From the NCBI GenBank assembly GCA_039800365.1, contig JBDLQW010000031.1, forward strand, positions 1 through 42,384: DNA of 42,384 nucleotides. The letters are read 5' to 3'. The notes under the pieces were generated by a model. That model made no database searches. It had not been told where the DNA came from and was given only the letters and a program-made list of their open reading frames with translations. Made by a program: the position numbers and the translations under genes. This document shows, piece by piece, positions 40,251 through 42,384 of this stretch. Origin of the DNA: Pseudomonadota bacterium. GTDB lineage: Bacteria > Bdellovibrionota > UBA1018. The first letter of the stretch is position 1, and the number at the start of each line of letters is the position of its first letter.

Positions 40251-41876
40251 TTAAGGACCTATCGGCGCATAGAGAGGAAGCATCACCAGCGTAGCAGCCG
40301 AAGACGGTTCTTCTGGCTTCTGACGCTGAGTCCCCTCACGATCGGCTTTCCGCTTCTCGTAAAGCTCCGACAGTTTTCCGTACGCAATGTACCCAGCCAA
40401 CTGGTCAACAAAAGCGAACGCATAACCCACGAGCCTGAGCTTGGGCTGACCAGACTTTTGAGAAAGTCGCGTAAAGAAATCCATCGCGGCAACATCGAGC
40501 TGCACCTGGGCGTTCCCAATAATCGCTTCATAACTGGCATCTAGGGCCATACGGGCGGGGTCGGTACTATTTTTAACTAAAATCGAACTCGCTGCGGAAT
40601 CGACTAAAGCAATCGCACCACAAATTCGCATGCGCTTTCCAAGGCCAGCGTAATACGAGGACACCCCAGCCATCAAAAAGGTCTCATTCGTCATAAAAAC
40701 CAAGTTTTGAATCAGGTCTTTGTCCGAAAGGATATTTTTGGTTAAAACAATCGGATTTGGATCAAAAATGACGTCACGCCGATTCCAAACTTCTGCCAAC
40801 AACTGCGTTCCCTGCGAAACACCAACGTAGGGTAATTGCCCAACGGACTCGTGGAGCACTTGCCCCGAAACCCTCAAAGAATGAGCAACCCATCGTGCCA
40901 TCTGTCCGCGTGACTCAAGAGCGCGAAGCGCTAACGACACTTTTTCTCGAGCTGACACCTGGAAAGAATGCAGCGCTACTGCCGGCCCTCCGCCTGCACG
41001 ACGACTGGACTCAGCCACTCGCTCACCCGCACGAGCCAATTGCTCTGCATACAGCTTGCTTGCCGTGGCTTCTGCTGTTTTTCCAGTGAGCTTCGAGCCG
41101 AGCCATCGAAATCCAGCACCGATTCCTCGGAAAATAGCGACCCCACTGAGGTAAAGCCCCACATCTCCCGCAGCCATGAGGAACTGCTTGCGGTACGCCT
41201 CATGGGAAAGAGTGGAAACGACTTCATCCCACCCATCACCAATAACTTGCAGCACGGCTCGATAGTCTTCATACATTCCGGGCGTCGAGGGTCCCGACCA
41301 AATCTTCTTGCGAAGACGTTCTGCACGAACATCCAGCTCAAGAAGGTCCATTTGAGCACGAAACAGATCATATCTCAGGCGAAACTCATGCGAGCGAACC
41401 AACGTCAAATTCTTGGTCACCGCATTGAACACAATGCCGAGAACCCAGCGGTTGGAAACATCAATCTGGTCAGCCAGAAGTTGACGAGCCACATCCCAGC
41501 CATCCGCATCCTGAGAAGACCGATCTAAGACCTCCAGTTGCCCCGAGCGCCCCAGGGTAAACCAGGCATCCATGCGAGAATCACCATCGACATCTCGAGC
41601 CCACAGAATTTCAGCCGAAGTATCGGGTAAACCGGCTCGAATCTCCTGGTGAACGACGGCAAGCTCCCAAACTCCCAGGGGGTTTCGCTTTCGAATGAGA
41701 TCAAAGGAATGGACTTCGCCATGCTTTTTCAGAGTGTGTGACGAGCGAAACTCCTCGGGCGACGGCCCCGCTGCCTCAGCTAAACTCACAAAACAGAACG
41801 CCAAAGCGCTCCCAATGAAGAACCACTTGCTTCTCATGAGAAGCTGGTTCCTACGATTCCGAACCGATTTTGTCAA
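40251..41876 (-). CDS. hypothetical secreted/membrane-associated protein
   Basis: 541-aa ORF with signal peptide (WFFIGSALAFCFVSLAEA; the alternative ATG 13 codons in gives MRSKWFF...). Several internal hydrophobic stretches. No family recognised. Confidence 0.6.
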   Translation of the reverse strand: MTKSVRNRRNQLLMRSKWFFIGSALAFCFVSLAEAAGPSPEEFRSSHTLKKHGEVHSFDLIRKRNPLGVWELAVVHQEIRAGLPDTSAEILWARDVDGDSRMDAWFTLGRSGQLEVLDRSSQDADGWDVARQLLADQIDVSNRWVLGIVFNAVTKNLTLVRSHEFRLRYDLFRAQMDLLELDVRAERLRKKIWSGPSTPGMYEDYRAVLQVIGDGWDEVVSTLSHEAYRKQFLMAAGDVGLYLSGVAIFRGIGAGFRWLGSKLTGKTAEATASKLYAEQLARAGERVAESSRRAGGGPAVALHSFQVSAREKVSLALRALESRGQMARWVAHSLRVSGQVLHESVGQLPYVGVSQGTQLLAEVWNRRDVIFDPNPIVLTKNILSDKDLIQNLVFMTNETFLMAGVSSYYAGLGKRMRICGAIALVDSAASSILVKNSTDPARMALDASYEAIIGNAQVQLDVAAMDFFTRLSQKSGQPKLRLVGYAFAFVDQLAGYIAYGKLSELYEKRKADREGTQRQKPEEPSSAATLVMLPLYAPIGP

Positions 41877-41910
41877 CCATCGGGGTCAGACGAATAAAGC
41901 CTTTAACTCT

Positions 41911-41947
41911 AATTACTTAAGGAATTAGCGCAACGCGTTAGGCGCTA
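41911..41947. promoter_or_regulatory. two adjacent palindromes in a divergent intergenic region (candidate operator)
   Basis: AATTACTTAAGGAATT (41911-41926, 7 of 8 pairs), immediately followed by TAGCGC-aacgcgttag-GCGCTA (41926-41947), which contains the perfect palindrome AACGCGTT. Confidence 0.3.
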
Positions 41948-41998
41948 CCCCCGGATTCTGCTCAACCCGGTTGCGCTGAGTTCCGATACGCCTCAGGT

Positions 41999-42384
41999 AT
42001 GAAACTCAATCGCCCTGGGCGCGCCAAAAAGTGGGCACCCTTGATTTTAGGAGCACTGGCCCTGCACCTCAGCAGCGGCGTGAGCCCCGCTGATGCCGCT
42101 GGTCTTGGTGGCAGCACTCCTGCCCAACCGGCCCTCGAATTAGGCTACAAATTTTTCAATGGACCCAACCAAGCGACGGGCAGCAAAGGCAACCTTCAGG
42201 GCTCAAACGGCTACTTCCTCAACTTTCGCGCCGAGAACCGCAAAAACATCGCACGGCTGCACGCTGCAGCTCAATTTGAATTTGCCAGCGGATCAGCGCC
42301 TATCAGTGCGGCGGGAGCCAGCGACTCGTACACGCTGTACGGCGCTGCTTTCCTGCCAGGCGTTCACGTCTACCCCTTTTTGGC
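41999..42384 (+). CDS. partial CDS (3' end outside the window): secreted, probable outer-membrane beta-barrel protein
   Basis: My own translation from ATG 41999 stays open to the window edge: MKLNRPGRAKKWAPLILGALALHLSSGVSPADAAGLGG...LELGYKFFNG...GYFLNFRAENRK...AAQFEFASG...YTLYGAAFLPGVHVYPFL. It has a signal peptide and alternating aromatic strands. The ORF is absent from the ORF track because it has no stop. Confidence 0.5.
   Translation, partial: MKLNRPGRAKKWAPLILGALALHLSSGVSPADAAGLGGSTPAQPALELGYKFFNGPNQATGSKGNLQGSNGYFLNFRAENRKNIARLHAAAQFEFASGSAPISAAGASDSYTLYGAAFLPGVHVYPFL

Noticed and set aside
1-42384. Mobile elements, prophage, tRNA/rRNA/tmRNA genes and integration scars.
   Set aside because: No integrase, transposase, recombinase or phage structural motifs appear in any translated ORF. 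I noticed no long terminal inverted or direct repeats. The longer intergenic regions (14712-14950, 15323-15564, 23458-23665, 40080-40250) showed no cloverleaf-like or rRNA-like features by eye. A covariance-model scan would be needed to exclude small ncRNAs.

Overview
42.4-kb chromosomal window from a diderm, moderately GC-rich bacterium (GC judged by eye, not computed). It holds about 38 protein-coding genes, mostly on the minus strand and packed into tightly overlapping operons. I saw no rRNA, tRNA, CRISPR array, transposase, integrase or phage genes. All family assignments are motif recognition by eye on the supplied translations; none was checked by database search.

Left third (75-11914, minus): a ten-gene, translationally coupled operon. 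It encodes a MotA/TolQ channel, two ExbD/TolR proteins, a large TPR protein, a TonB-like protein, an OM beta-barrel, and Ig-like and VWA lipoproteins. I read it as a divergent Agl/Glt (gliding/Nfs-type) envelope-spanning machine. That also hints at a Bdellovibrionota/Myxococcota-like host (inference).

Middle: a periplasmic ChaN/Tiki-like protein, an SDR, a PIN-PhoH (PhoH2) ATPase, an operon of Cys-rich lipoprotein, OM barrel and SGNH esterase, and a housekeeping block (aminotransferase, coaD, rsmD).

Right half:
- A 991-aa protein that looks like an N6-adenine DNA methyltransferase lacking its NPPY catalytic motif. It is convergent with a four-gene operon: sensor kinase, sigma54-dependent NtrC-type regulator, a ~265-aa unknown, and a cytoplasmic 612-aa ChaN/Tiki-like protein.
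- A TonB-like protein and a sigma-region-4/zf-HC2 anti-sigma fusion.
- A lipoprotein gene behind a near-consensus sigma54 promoter.
- An operon with a His-rich TPR protein carrying a 24-bp tandem repeat, a FecR-like protein, an OM barrel and a zinc-peptidase-like lipoprotein.

A second, exact-consensus sigma54 -24/-12 element lies at 15532-15547.
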